From positions 1,759 through 65,758 of the forward strand of contig JAKQCW010000180.1 in assembly GCA_029558955.1 (NCBI GenBank): a stretch of 64,000 bases of DNA. The letters run 5' to 3'. This document shows positions 26,011 through 35,463 of this stretch, in pieces (within the stretch, counting starts at the first letter, position 1; each line of letters starts with the position of its first letter). The notes beneath the pieces are model-generated. The model saw only the letters and a program-made list of their open reading frames with translations, did no database searches and had not been told where the DNA came from. The stretch is from Chloroflexota bacterium. GTDB lineage: Bacteria > Chloroflexota > Anaerolineae > JAAEKA01. The position numbers were made by a program, and so were the translations under genes.

Positions 26011-27656
26011 GCCGCGCGCCGGCAGACCGCTATGACCGCGCCGATTGGCTGGCGCTGGCCATTTTGCTGGCGTTGGGCGTCGCGGTTCGTCTGCACAGTC
26101 TCACGGTTCCCCGTGTCGTCTGGGGCGATGAGCCGTATTATCTGTGGATTGGCCAAAGCCTGTGGGCAGGAACCGGGCTGCACGCCATGGGCTACTCGGC
26201 GGCGCATTTTCCCCTGCTCTTCCCGCTGCTTGCGGGCGGACTGGCGCAGATAACGGGCAGTCTGCTCAGCGCCAGCAACCTGATCTTCATCGCCAGCGGC
26301 GCGCTGCTGGTTGTGCCGCTCTACGCCCTGGCGCGGGCGATCTACAGCCCCACGGCCGCCTGGATGGTGGGGTTGACCGTCGCGCTCTACCCGGCGCTGG
26401 CCACCGGCGTTCTGGCCTGGGGCACCTTGACGGAACCGATCTACCTGCTGTGGGTGGGCATTGCCATCTACCTGTTGTTTCAAGCGTTGGATCAGCAGCC
26501 GATGCGCTGGCGCGATTTTGCGCTGCTGGGGCTGGCTCTGGGACTGGCCTATCTGACCCGCACGGAAGCGCTGGTCTTTCTGGTGGCTGCGCTGGCGCTT
26601 CTGCTCATCGGCTGGCTGCTGCGCCGCGCCCCCATCGGCCCGCTGCTGGCCCGGCTGGCAGTGACCGTCGCGGTGTTTCTGTTGGTTGCGTTGCCCTATC
26701 TGCTCACCATGCACAGCACCACCGGACGCTGGAGCCTGACCGGCGCGGCCGGCATGGCCTTCGAAACCATGACCGGGCTCTCCGAGAACGATCCCGCCGC
26801 CTTCGACCGCGCGACGTGGAGCCTGGATCCGGCCAGCGGCGAGGTTTACCTCTTCGCTCCCAGCAGCGAAAGCGAGTCGCTGAGGTCAACGCTGCTGGCC
26901 GATCCGGTGGAGACGCTGCGCCGGCTGTACCGCGGCGCATTGGCGGCGGGCGCGCTCTTCTTCAGCATCAAGCTCATGCCCCTGGCCCTGGCCCTGGTGG
27001 CCGCGCTTGGTCTCTTTGCCCAACCCTGGCGGCCGCGGCGTCTGCGCGGTGAGTTGGCCCTGCTGGCGTCGTTGGCCGCGCCGCTGAGCTACCTGCTCTT
27101 CTTCGTTCAAGAGCGCTATCTGGCTGGCCTGCTGCTTCCGGCCATGGTCTGGGTCGGCGCTGGTCTGTGGATGCTGGGTCTGTGGCTGGCGGGCACCGCC
27201 GAGAATCTCTGGCGACGCCCGCTGTCGGCAATCACCCAGCGCAGCCTGCTGCTTGCGCCAGCCGTGGTAGCGGCTGCCCTGCTGCTGACGCTGGGGCCGC
27301 GCGTCTCGGCTTCCATGCAGCGCACACACTCGTTCCAGCCGGGCCACCTCGGCGCAGCCGCCGAGCTGCGGCGACTGGGTGCGCCCGATGACGCCGTGGT
27401 CATGAGCCGCTATCCCGCCATCGCCTTCCATGCGGGCACGCGTTGGGCTGCCACACCGGCAGAGAGCTGGCCTGCCGTGCTGGCCTATGCCCGGGAGCAC
27501 AGCGCCGATTACCTGGTGATCGACGGCTGGGAGGCGCAGTTACGGCCTCAACTGGCCTTTCTGTTGGATCCTGCCCAGGCGCCGCCGCAGTTGCAGCACC
27601 TGGCAACCATAACCAGCGGCGTCGATCCGGTGGTTATCTACGCCTTCGCCGAATAG
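26007..27656 (+). CDS. GT-C / GT39 (ArnT/PMT-like) membrane glycosyltransferase
   Basis: WGDEPYY after first TM, LTEPIY, YLTRTEA, polytopic. Confidence 0.82.
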   Translation: MSRAPADRYDRADWLALAILLALGVAVRLHSLTVPRVVWGDEPYYLWIGQSLWAGTGLHAMGYSAAHFPLLFPLLAGGLAQITGSLLSASNLIFIASGALLVVPLYALARAIYSPTAAWMVGLTVALYPALATGVLAWGTLTEPIYLLWVGIAIYLLFQALDQQPMRWRDFALLGLALGLAYLTRTEALVFLVAALALLLIGWLLRRAPIGPLLARLAVTVAVFLLVALPYLLTMHSTTGRWSLTGAAGMAFETMTGLSENDPAAFDRATWSLDPASGEVYLFAPSSESESLRSTLLADPVETLRRLYRGALAAGALFFSIKLMPLALALVAALGLFAQPWRPRRLRGELALLASLAAPLSYLLFFVQERYLAGLLLPAMVWVGAGLWMLGLWLAGTAENLWRRPLSAITQRSLLLAPAVVAAALLLTLGPRVSASMQRTHSFQPGHLGAAAELRRLGAPDDAVVMSRYPAIAFHAGTRWAATPAESWPAVLAYAREHSADYLVIDGWEAQLRPQLAFLLDPAQAPPQLQHLATITSGVDPVVIYAFAE

Positions 27657-27678
27657 TCATCTCACCAGAGCGTGCTGC

Positions 27679-29358
27679 ATGAGCGTTCTTTCCACCCACC
27701 CGCGCCAACTGCGCCGCTGGCATCTCGACTGGCCCTTGTTGGCGATCTATTTGGCGGGGCTGGCCACGCGCGCCGCCTTTGCCAGCCTGCCGCGGGTGGC
27801 GCGTTGGGATGAGGCAGCCTACCTGACCATCGCCCATAACCTGTTAACCGGCCGGGGCTATAGCGAACTGATGGGTGCGATGGATGTGCACCAACCGCCC
27901 ATGGTCAGCCTGCTGGCCGCAGTCGGGCTGGCGCTGCGGCTGCCGCTGGAATGGGCCGCGGCCGCGCCAGCGCACCTGTTGCTGGGCAGCCTGGTGGTGT
28001 TGCCGCTTTATGCCCTGGGCAGTGCGCTGTTTGGCCGGCGGGCCGGCCTGATGGCTGCGCTGCTGGCCGCGTTCTACCCGGCGCTGGCCGTACACCCGCT
28101 GTACTGGGGCACCATGACCGAACCGCCCTACCTGCTGTTCATCCTCAGCGGAATCTATGCCACCTATCGCTGCGGCCGGGCGCTGGCCAGCGGCGCGCAG
28201 CCCTGGGGCTGGGCTGCCGCCATGGGGCTGGCCTTTGGTTTGGGCTTTCTGACCCGACCAGAAGCGCTGATCTTTCTGGCCGCCATGCTCGGCTATCTCG
28301 GCTTGCTCTGGCTCTGCGCCGGACCGCCGCGCGGCCGGCGGTTGGCGAGATTGGCAGCCTCAGGCGCGCTGGCCGCGGCCATGATGACGTTGCTCGCCCT
28401 GCCCTATATGTTCTATTTGCATCAAGTCACCGGGCGCTGGATGCTCAGCGGCAAGGCCGGCACCAGCATGGACATTGCCTGGGCCTTCGTCAACGACAGC
28501 CAGGCGATGCATGACCAGGCTGCAGCCTCGCTGGACAGCAGCGGGCAGGAGATCATGTGGCTGTCCCCCGAAGCCTTCGACGTCAGCATCAGCGGCTGGA
28601 TCCTTGAAGATCCGGCCCGCTTTGCCACCCTGGTGCGCCAGAACATGATCGATAGCTGGCGCGAGCTGTTCAGTCAGGAGCTGTTCCAGCCCTGGCTTTG
28701 GGGGCTGATCGCGCTGGGCCTGTTCAGCCAGCCGTGGACGCGTGCGCGTCTGCGCGACAACCTGCTGATCCTGTGCGCGCTGGCCCCGCTGGCCAGCCTG
28801 TGGATCGTCTTCATCGAAACCCGTTTCATGGTCGCCTACCTGGCCATCAGCCTGCCCTGGGCCGGCGCAGGGTTGGCGCACCTGACCGGGTGGGCGGCGG
28901 ACACGGTGCAGCCGGCGGGGAGGGGCAAGCCGGCAGCGCTGCACCGCGGCCTGGCCGGCGCGTTGCCCGCGGTGTTGGTCGTGGCAGCCATGCTCTGGAG
29001 CGGCATCCACGCCGCGCAGGACTTGATGCCACACCTGCCGTTCCATCGGGTCGAAGCAGCCCGCTGGCTGGCCGAGCAAACGCCGCCCGGCACGCCGATC
29101 ATGACGCGCAACGCCGAGACGGCGCTCTATGCCGATCGCCCCATGGTTGCCTTCCCCAACGCGCCGTGGGAGCAGGTGTTGGCCTATGCCAAGGCGCGAG
29201 GCGCGCGCTATTTGGTGGTGGACGAGTGGGAGATCAACACGGTGCGACCGCAGCTCCAGCAAATGCTGGCAGGCGACGCTGCACCGCTGCCGGGAATCAC
29301 CCTGGTGCAGCAATATGAGCACCCCGGACATACCATTATGCTCTTCCGCTTCGAGTGA
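27679..29358 (+). CDS. GT-C / GT39 glycosyltransferase, paralogue of the upstream gene
   Basis: RWDEAAY, MTEPPY, FLTRPEA, same architecture as the upstream gene. Confidence 0.82.
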   Translation: MSVLSTHPRQLRRWHLDWPLLAIYLAGLATRAAFASLPRVARWDEAAYLTIAHNLLTGRGYSELMGAMDVHQPPMVSLLAAVGLALRLPLEWAAAAPAHLLLGSLVVLPLYALGSALFGRRAGLMAALLAAFYPALAVHPLYWGTMTEPPYLLFILSGIYATYRCGRALASGAQPWGWAAAMGLAFGLGFLTRPEALIFLAAMLGYLGLLWLCAGPPRGRRLARLAASGALAAAMMTLLALPYMFYLHQVTGRWMLSGKAGTSMDIAWAFVNDSQAMHDQAAASLDSSGQEIMWLSPEAFDVSISGWILEDPARFATLVRQNMIDSWRELFSQELFQPWLWGLIALGLFSQPWTRARLRDNLLILCALAPLASLWIVFIETRFMVAYLAISLPWAGAGLAHLTGWAADTVQPAGRGKPAALHRGLAGALPAVLVVAAMLWSGIHAAQDLMPHLPFHRVEAARWLAEQTPPGTPIMTRNAETALYADRPMVAFPNAPWEQVLAYAKARGARYLVVDEWEINTVRPQLQQMLAGDAAPLPGITLVQQYEHPGHTIMLFRFE

Positions 29359-29366
29359 CGGCTGGC

Positions 29367-29395
29367 TTGCCCGTTCAGGCCAAGACGCGTATACT
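29367..29395 (+). promoter_or_regulatory. Promoter for the secreted propeller protein, with palindrome over the -10
   Basis: TTGCCC-17-TATACT. GACGCGT-atactg-ACGCGTC spans the -10. Confidence 0.55.
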
Positions 29396-29591
29396 GACGC
29401 GTCGCCATAACGGTTTCCATGTGACCATACCAGAAGCTTGCAATAATGTAAGAATTCTGCCGCTCCTGAGGGCGGCGTTTTCATCTGCTTCTCATCTTGA
29501 CCCGCTAGACTGGCGCAGTCGCCCCGCGACGACGTCCTTGGTGATGGGCCAGCGTAGCCCATACATATCCACGTGCAAGGAGATTTACTGC

Positions 29592-31220
29592 ATGAACCGA
29601 CAATCGCTCACCAAACAGGCTCGTTGGCTTGTACCGCTGGCGCTGATCATCGCGCTGGCGGCGCCGGCAAGCACCATCCTGCCCGCTGCGCTGCGCAACA
29701 CATCCGAAGCTGCGCCGCTCCAACAAGCCAGCAACCTGACCTGGACCCAGGTCCATAGCGCGCCCGGCGTTTTTTGGTATACGGTTGACTTCCCCACCCC
29801 GCTGGTTGGCTATGCCTTGGGCGGGCCGGACTGGAACACCACCAGCGGCGGCACGGGCGCAGTGACCGTTGCCAAGACCACCGACGGCGGTCATACCTGG
29901 ACCAATATCCCCGTCCCCGGCACCAACCGCTTTATGCGCGGCTTGACCTGCATCGACGCGAACCGCTGTTGGATCATCGGCGCCAGCAGCCCGCGCATTC
30001 TCTACACCACCAACGGTGGGGCGAGCTGGGCGCCTGGTACCATCGTGAACAATGCCTGGAGCGGCTGGCTGTGGTCGGCCGGCTACAGCGGCGTCGACAC
30101 CACCATCTTCGCCGGCACCACCGGCTATGCCAACGAGCCGGGGCGCATGGCCAACGTGCTGCGCTCCACCGACGGCGTCAACTTCAACGCCGTCGTTGCC
30201 AATGACCCGCGCGAGTTCGTGATCTACGACTTTTCCTGCCCGTCGCCGGGTGTGTGCTATGCCGCGGCCAAGAACACGGCCTTCTACACGGCCAACAACG
30301 GCGCCACCTGGTCGCGCCGGGTGGTGCCTACCGGCCGCTACTACGGCGTCTCCTGTTCGGACAACTTATCCTGCTGGCAGGTGGGCGCAGCCGATGGCGG
30401 CGCCAACACCGGAGCCTACTACATTTTCCGCACCCAGGATGGCGGGAATATCTGGCAGCAGGCCAGTGCGATACCTGCCGGCAGCGGGCGCCCGCGCTTC
30501 TGGGGTATCGACATGGTGGATGGTCAGAACGGCTATGCCGTAGGCTGCACCAACGTGCCTGACCCCATCCTTGAGACTTGTTCCGGCCAGGGGCTGTTGA
30601 TGCGCACCACCGATGGCGTCACCTGGCAGCAAGTGGCATCTCCTTCTACGGCCGATCTCATGGATGTGTATGCCCTGAGCATGGATGAGGTGATCGTGAT
30701 CGACTGGAGCGGCAAGATTTGGCGCGGCGCGGGTGCGCCCACGCCGACCCCCACTGCCACCAACACGCCCACCGCCACGGCCACCCCAACCAGCACGCCG
30801 ACGCGCACCCCAACGCCCACGGCCACCCCCACCAACACCCCGACCCCCACGGCTACCCCCAGCACGGCGACGATTCTGGGCATGGCCTTTGCCGACGCCA
30901 ACGGCAACTTCTTCCCGGACGCCGGAGAGCCGGGCCTGGCTGGCGCCGTGATCGGACTGCAAGATGGCGCGTCCACCGTCATGAGCGCGACCTCGGACCC
31001 CAACGGGGCGTTCTCGTTCAGCGGCGTTGCGCCCGGGACCTACAGCGTGCGCGGGCTGGAAGCGCCGGCTGGCCATAGCCTGAGCGCGGGCGCTGCCATC
31101 ATCCAGGTGCAGGCCAACACCTCCTGGATGCTCTACACCCCCTTCGTGGTGGGCATCCCGACGCCGCCGCGCTACTGCGCCTATCTGCCGCAGGTGGAGG
31201 CCAGTTTCTCCGGGCAGTAG
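29592..31220 (+). CDS. Secreted BNR/YCF48-like beta-propeller protein with PT linker and SdrD/Cna-B-like domain
   Basis: Repeated (K/R)T(T/Q)DGG.(T/N)W and ANNGATW boxes, (PT)n linker, GMAFADANGN..DAGEPGLAG, terminal YLPQV. ATG after AAGGAG. Confidence 0.8.
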   Translation: MNRQSLTKQARWLVPLALIIALAAPASTILPAALRNTSEAAPLQQASNLTWTQVHSAPGVFWYTVDFPTPLVGYALGGPDWNTTSGGTGAVTVAKTTDGGHTWTNIPVPGTNRFMRGLTCIDANRCWIIGASSPRILYTTNGGASWAPGTIVNNAWSGWLWSAGYSGVDTTIFAGTTGYANEPGRMANVLRSTDGVNFNAVVANDPREFVIYDFSCPSPGVCYAAAKNTAFYTANNGATWSRRVVPTGRYYGVSCSDNLSCWQVGAADGGANTGAYYIFRTQDGGNIWQQASAIPAGSGRPRFWGIDMVDGQNGYAVGCTNVPDPILETCSGQGLLMRTTDGVTWQQVASPSTADLMDVYALSMDEVIVIDWSGKIWRGAGAPTPTPTATNTPTATATPTSTPTRTPTPTATPTNTPTPTATPSTATILGMAFADANGNFFPDAGEPGLAGAVIGLQDGASTVMSATSDPNGAFSFSGVAPGTYSVRGLEAPAGHSLSAGAAIIQVQANTSWMLYTPFVVGIPTPPRYCAYLPQVEASFSGQ

Positions 31221-31252
31221 ACGATGACCGGGTGAACTTGTCGCCGTTGCCG

Positions 31253-31289
31253 CTCCCGCCGGGTCTGTGATCCGGCGGGAGTTTTTTTT
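31253..31289 (+). terminator. Intrinsic terminator
   Basis: CTCCCGCCGG/CCGGCGGGAG stem followed by T8. Confidence 0.9.
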
Positions 31290-31325
31290 GCCCCGGCTCT
31301 CGCGAGCTGAATGGCCCCGGTCGCC

Positions 31326-31877
31326 CTACATGGGACGCCGCCAACGGGGGGCGCGGTTCAGGTAAACCTGCTGCCGGAGCTCGTCCGCGGCCGCGCGCAA
31401 TATGTCACGCACCTGGAACCAGGTCGCCTCGCTGAACTGCATGTCGCCCTGGTCCAGCAGATGCTGCAAGGCCTCCACCACCACCAGCACCCGCCCCTCG
31501 ATGGCCTCGACGCTGCCGCCGTAGAGGCCCGGCGGGATCAGGAAGACCAGGAAGATCAGCGAGACCGCCACGCCCAGCAGCAGCATGACCGGGAACTGGG
31601 GCATGATGCGGGCGCCGATGAGGATCACGGACAGCCAGAAGGCCAACACCGCGGCCAACACCATGGCGCGCGTGATCGGCCGGACCGGCTTGAGGTGGGT
31701 CAGCCGCGGGGCCAGCTTGTCATAGCTGCGCACATGCACCAGGAACTGGTTGAATTCCTGGCACAACGCATAGTTCACGCTGTCCTGGTCGAAGTTGGCC
31801 AGCCGCATGGCGTAGGCGTGGCATTCCTTGGCCAGGGTGTAGAATTCCTTGCGGGTCAGTTCAGTCTGGGCGTCCAT
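31326..31877 (-). CDS. Hypothetical membrane protein (2 TM)
   Basis: 183-aa ORF with normal composition and a central TM hairpin. TTGACT-17-TAGAAT promoter at 31963-31935. Confidence 0.75.
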   Translation of the reverse strand: MDAQTELTRKEFYTLAKECHAYAMRLANFDQDSVNYALCQEFNQFLVHVRSYDKLAPRLTHLKPVRPITRAMVLAAVLAFWLSVILIGARIMPQFPVMLLLGVAVSLIFLVFLIPPGLYGGSVEAIEGRVLVVVEALQHLLDQGDMQFSEATWFQVRDILRAAADELRQQVYLNRAPRWRRPM

Positions 31878-32121
31878 GGCGTGGGAGGGGGAGAGCTTGG
31901 CGGGCTTGGCGGGCTTGGCGTGAGGATCAGGAAGATTCTACCTGAAGTCGATCTCCCAGTCAAAGCCTTGTGCTGGCATCCAGCAATTCCACATGTGATG
32001 GCTGCAAACCGGAGCGGCGTCTACCGGCGATCCCCGCAGCGCGCAACAGGCTTCCAAGAGCCAAGAATCGCCGCCAGAACCGTATCGAGACCCAATGGTT
32101 GCCAGGTGCGGCCCGCTCGCT

Positions 32122-32186
32122 GGTCTCGCTACGCTGGAAGCGCGCGACCTCATGGGATTCATCTGCCCTCAACCCGCTACTCGACC
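32122..32186 (-). repeat. 65-bp long variant of REP-like family A
   Basis: Reverse complement aligns without gaps to 61774-61838 (50/65 identical by hand count). Confidence 0.7.
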
Positions 32187-32261
32187 AACGCTCGCTGGAT
32201 TCGTTCCAAGAGCGGCAGGCAGCCAGACCTATAGCCGTATACGGAGACCCCTCCCACCATT

Positions 32262-32334
32262 CCGGGTTACGCATTACGCATCACGCATTACGCATTACGC
32301 ATTACGCATCACGCATCACGCATCACGAGTTACG
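32262..32334. repeat. Heptamer microsatellite arm (TTACGCA/TCACGCA)n after CCGGGTTAC
   Basis: Direct reading. Same family as 36700, 46405, 47127, 48196, 57221, 59245 and 61190. Confidence 0.85.
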
Positions 32335-32347
32335 CTCCACGTTATCT

Positions 32348-32376
32348 TTGACATTGCCCCTCGGTGTAAGTACTAT
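32348..32376 (+). promoter_or_regulatory. Promoter for birA, probably leaderless
   Basis: TTGACA-17-TACTAT, 6 nt, then ATG 32383. No SD. Confidence 0.7.
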
Positions 32377-32382
32377 ACCCCC

Positions 32383-33174
32383 ATGTTCACCCTGACTCAG
32401 ACAACCATCGAGGAGCGACTGCGCACCTCTCTGTTGGGCCGGCCGCTGGTCTGCCTGAAGAGCGTCGAATCGACCCAGACCATCGTGCGTGAGGCGGCGC
32501 GGCGGGGCGAGGCCGAAGGACTGGCCGTGGTGGCCGGTCAGCAGACGGCCGGCAAGGGCCGCGCCGGCCGCAGTTGGTGGTCGCCCCCCAGCGGCGGGCT
32601 CTACCTTTCCCTGCTGCTGCGCCCCAATCTGCCGGGCGACCTGACGTCATGGACGGTCATGACCCTGACCCTGGGCGCGGCCGAGGCCATCGAGCAGCTC
32701 TACGGCCTGCCTGTGGCGATCAAATGGCCCAACGACCTGCTGATTCAGGGGCGCAAGCTGGCCGGCGTGCTGGCCGAGGGCGCGTTCATCGGCAGCCGGC
32801 TGGACTACGTGGTGGCAGGCATCGGCCTGAACGTGGCCACGGATTTCAGCAGCCAGCCGGAGCTGGCTGACACGGCCATCAGCCTGGAGGCCGCGCTGGG
32901 CGCAGCCGTGGACCCGGCCAGCCTGCTGGTTGCCCTGCTGGAGCACAGCGAGCGACACTATCTGGCCATGCAGGCCGGCGTCAGCCCGCTGGCAGCCTGG
33001 CAGGCGCGGCTGGACACGCTGGGCCGGCCGGTGACGGTGCATCTGGCCGATGGCCGGCTGGTGCATGGCGTGGCCGGCGCGGTGCTGCCCGATGGCGCCC
33101 TGCGCATCGACCTGGACGACGGCGGCAGCCAGGAGGTGCGCGCCCACGATGTGACCCTGCGCCATCAGAGTTAG
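32383..33174 (+). CDS. birA: Biotin-[acetyl-CoA carboxylase] ligase without N-terminal HTH
   Basis: STQ, QTAGKGRAGRSW, IKWPNDLL, RKLAGVL, GIGLNV. Confidence 0.93.
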   Translation: MFTLTQTTIEERLRTSLLGRPLVCLKSVESTQTIVREAARRGEAEGLAVVAGQQTAGKGRAGRSWWSPPSGGLYLSLLLRPNLPGDLTSWTVMTLTLGAAEAIEQLYGLPVAIKWPNDLLIQGRKLAGVLAEGAFIGSRLDYVVAGIGLNVATDFSSQPELADTAISLEAALGAAVDPASLLVALLEHSERHYLAMQAGVSPLAAWQARLDTLGRPVTVHLADGRLVHGVAGAVLPDGALRIDLDDGGSQEVRAHDVTLRHQS

Positions 33175-33176
33175 CT

Positions 33177-34370
33177 ATGCAATCTGCGCTGCCGCCTGAC
33201 CATTTCTACTATTTAGGCGAGGGGTTGGATCCCAGCATCGAGCTGTGGAACGCCGAGGAGATCCAGGAGGTGATCCCGCTGGCCTGGGTGGGCGATGGCC
33301 GCCACAGCGAGGAGAGCCTGTGGCTGGCCGAGCTGCCTGGATTGGCCGCGCGCGGGGGCGATGCGACCGGGCGCGAATGGCAGTTTCGCGTCAACCTGGG
33401 TGATGGCCGCCTGCTGCACCCCGAGTTCGCGCCGGCCTTCACCACCACCCTGGCCAGCCTGTGGCTGCAGGATGGCCAGATCTTCGCCTACCGTCCGGCG
33501 CCGGCCATCTCCCCGCCGATGGTGGTGAAATTCGAAGATTATCAGGGCAGCCTGGGGCCCCGGCCGCTCTACATCTATCTGCCGCGCGGCTATGCAGAAC
33601 ATGAGCAGCGGCGCTATCCGGTGCTTTACATGCACGACGGCCAGAACTGCTTCGATGCCTTCGTGGATGACAGCTACGCCGGCGCCTGGCAGGCCGATCT
33701 GGCCGCCAGCCTGCTGATCCGCCAGGGCCTGATGCGCGAGTGCCTGATCGTGGGGGTGAGCAACGGCCGGGAGCAGCGCATTCTGGAGTATCTGCCCCCC
33801 TACGCCAGGCATCTGCCGCCCCCGCGCCGGCCGCGTGCTGCCGTTGACCACGGCGACCACCCGCCCGCGCCGCGCCGGCCGCTGGTTCCTGTGCCAGGCC
33901 GGGCCAACGAGACACTGGCCTTCTACCGCGATGAGGTGGCGCCCTTCGTGGCGGCCCGCTACCGGGTGCAGCCGGGCCGGGAGAACACGGCCACCTGCGG
34001 CTCCTCCCTGGGCGGACTCTTCTCGGTCTACATCGCCTGGGAACAGACTGATTTTGCCCGCCATCACGCGGCCCTTTCCACCTCGTTTTGGATCACCCGC
34101 AACCGCGCCGGCCAGTTGGAGACCATCGAACGGATGCGCCGCAAGCCGCGCCGGGATGTGCGGCTTTGGCTGGACAGCGGCACCTACAGCACGCCCGGCC
34201 ACGGCAACGATGGACAGCGCGAAACAGCCAGCGCCCGGCGCGCGCTGCTGGAGGCGGGCTATCAGGAAGGGGTGGATTTTCACATCTATCTGGATGAGGG
34301 GGCGACCCACAGCGAGGCCTCCTGGGCGGCGCGGCTGCCGCTGATCTTTCAGTTCTTGTTTCCAAGCTGA
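33177..34370 (+). CDS. Putative esterase (alpha/beta hydrolase, Fes/IroE-like) with N-terminal extra domain
   Basis: IYLPRGY, YPVLYMHDGQN, GSSLGG nucleophile, LWLDSG, HSEASWAARLP. Confidence 0.88.
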   Translation: MQSALPPDHFYYLGEGLDPSIELWNAEEIQEVIPLAWVGDGRHSEESLWLAELPGLAARGGDATGREWQFRVNLGDGRLLHPEFAPAFTTTLASLWLQDGQIFAYRPAPAISPPMVVKFEDYQGSLGPRPLYIYLPRGYAEHEQRRYPVLYMHDGQNCFDAFVDDSYAGAWQADLAASLLIRQGLMRECLIVGVSNGREQRILEYLPPYARHLPPPRRPRAAVDHGDHPPAPRRPLVPVPGRANETLAFYRDEVAPFVAARYRVQPGRENTATCGSSLGGLFSVYIAWEQTDFARHHAALSTSFWITRNRAGQLETIERMRRKPRRDVRLWLDSGTYSTPGHGNDGQRETASARRALLEAGYQEGVDFHIYLDEGATHSEASWAARLPLIFQFLFPS

Positions 34371-34458
34371 ACTTGCTCAGGCATGGCTTCTGGGTACAAT
34401 GCCTGAATGCGTTCGACTGAGGGCGTCCGGCCCGACTCGCTGACGGCCGGAGCTACGG

Positions 34459-35229
34459 TTGGTGTTATTCTGGACGGTTGTTCCCCCTATGCATCGCCGC
34501 TACGAGTGCCTGCACAGTCCCGCGCTGGGACGCACCATGGAGTTGCTGATCTTCGGCCACTACGGGCCGCCGCTGTTGGCGTTCCCATCGGCCGGCGGTC
34601 GGTTTTACGATTGGGAGAACCAGGGGATGATCGACGCGGCCGGCCCCTGGCTGGAGGCGGGCAAGCTGCGGCTGTACTGCGTGGACAGCGTCGACCAGGA
34701 GGCGTGGCTCAACGTCGACGCCGACATGGCCACGCGCGCCCGGCGGCATCGGGAGTATGAGGCGCACATTCTGCATGAGGTGTTGCCCCTGGTGCGCGGC
34801 GAATGCGCGCTGGAGCAGGGAGGCGTGGCGGTCGCCGGCTGCAGCCTGGGCGGCTACCATGCCGCCAACTTCGCGCTGAAACATGCGCCGGAGATCAACT
34901 ATGCGCTGTGCATGAGCGGCCGGTACGATCTGGAGGCGCTGATCGGCCCCAGCCCGTCGCTCGACGTGTACTACAACAACCCGGTGGCCTATGCCGCCCA
35001 TCTGCACGGCGATGCGCTGGCCGCGGTGCGCGCCAATACCCATCTGGCGCTGGTCTGCGGCCAGGGCGCATGGGAAGAGAAGTGCCTGGCGGAGACCCAC
35101 CGCCTGGCCAACATCCTGGCAGAAAAGGGGATCAGCCACGAACGGGACCTGTGGGGCCACGATGTGGAACACCACTGGTACTGGTGGAAGCGGCAACTGG
35201 CGCATTATCTGAGCAAGGCGCTGGATTGA
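34459..35229 (+). CDS. Putative esterase (alpha/beta hydrolase)
   Basis: FGHYGPPLLAFPS, GCSLGGYHA, HHWYWW. TTG start with GGAG, or alternative ATG 34489. TTGCTC-16-TACAAT upstream. Confidence 0.88.
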   Translation: MVLFWTVVPPMHRRYECLHSPALGRTMELLIFGHYGPPLLAFPSAGGRFYDWENQGMIDAAGPWLEAGKLRLYCVDSVDQEAWLNVDADMATRARRHREYEAHILHEVLPLVRGECALEQGGVAVAGCSLGGYHAANFALKHAPEINYALCMSGRYDLEALIGPSPSLDVYYNNPVAYAAHLHGDALAAVRANTHLALVCGQGAWEEKCLAETHRLANILAEKGISHERDLWGHDVEHHWYWWKRQLAHYLSKALD

Positions 35230-35241
35230 GCGACCGCGGCT

Positions 35242-35400
35242 GCGGGCTCGGTCGGAGACCGGCCCGAGCGGCGTTGTAGATGCGGCGGGCTCGGTCGGAG
35301 ACCGGCCCGAGCGGCGTTGTGGACGCAGCGGGCTCGGTCGGAGACCGGCCCGAGCGGCGTTGTGGATGCGGCGGGCTCGGTCGGAGACCGGCCCGAGCGG
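35242..35400. repeat. REP-like family B tandem, 4 x 43 bp
   Basis: GCGGGCTCGGTCGGAGACCGGCCCGAGCGG at 35242, 35285, 35328 and 35371. Confidence 0.9.
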
Positions 35401-35463
35401 TGTGCGGTTTTCAGGTTTATCTTGGTTGCGACGTCACAAGAAAGGTTACGGAGGCTACCTGCC

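Noticed and set aside
34407-34760. Leaderless 117-aa ORF right after TACAAT
   Set aside because: It overlaps the esterase in another frame and has an Arg/Gly-rich shadow composition. The promoter more simply serves the esterase.
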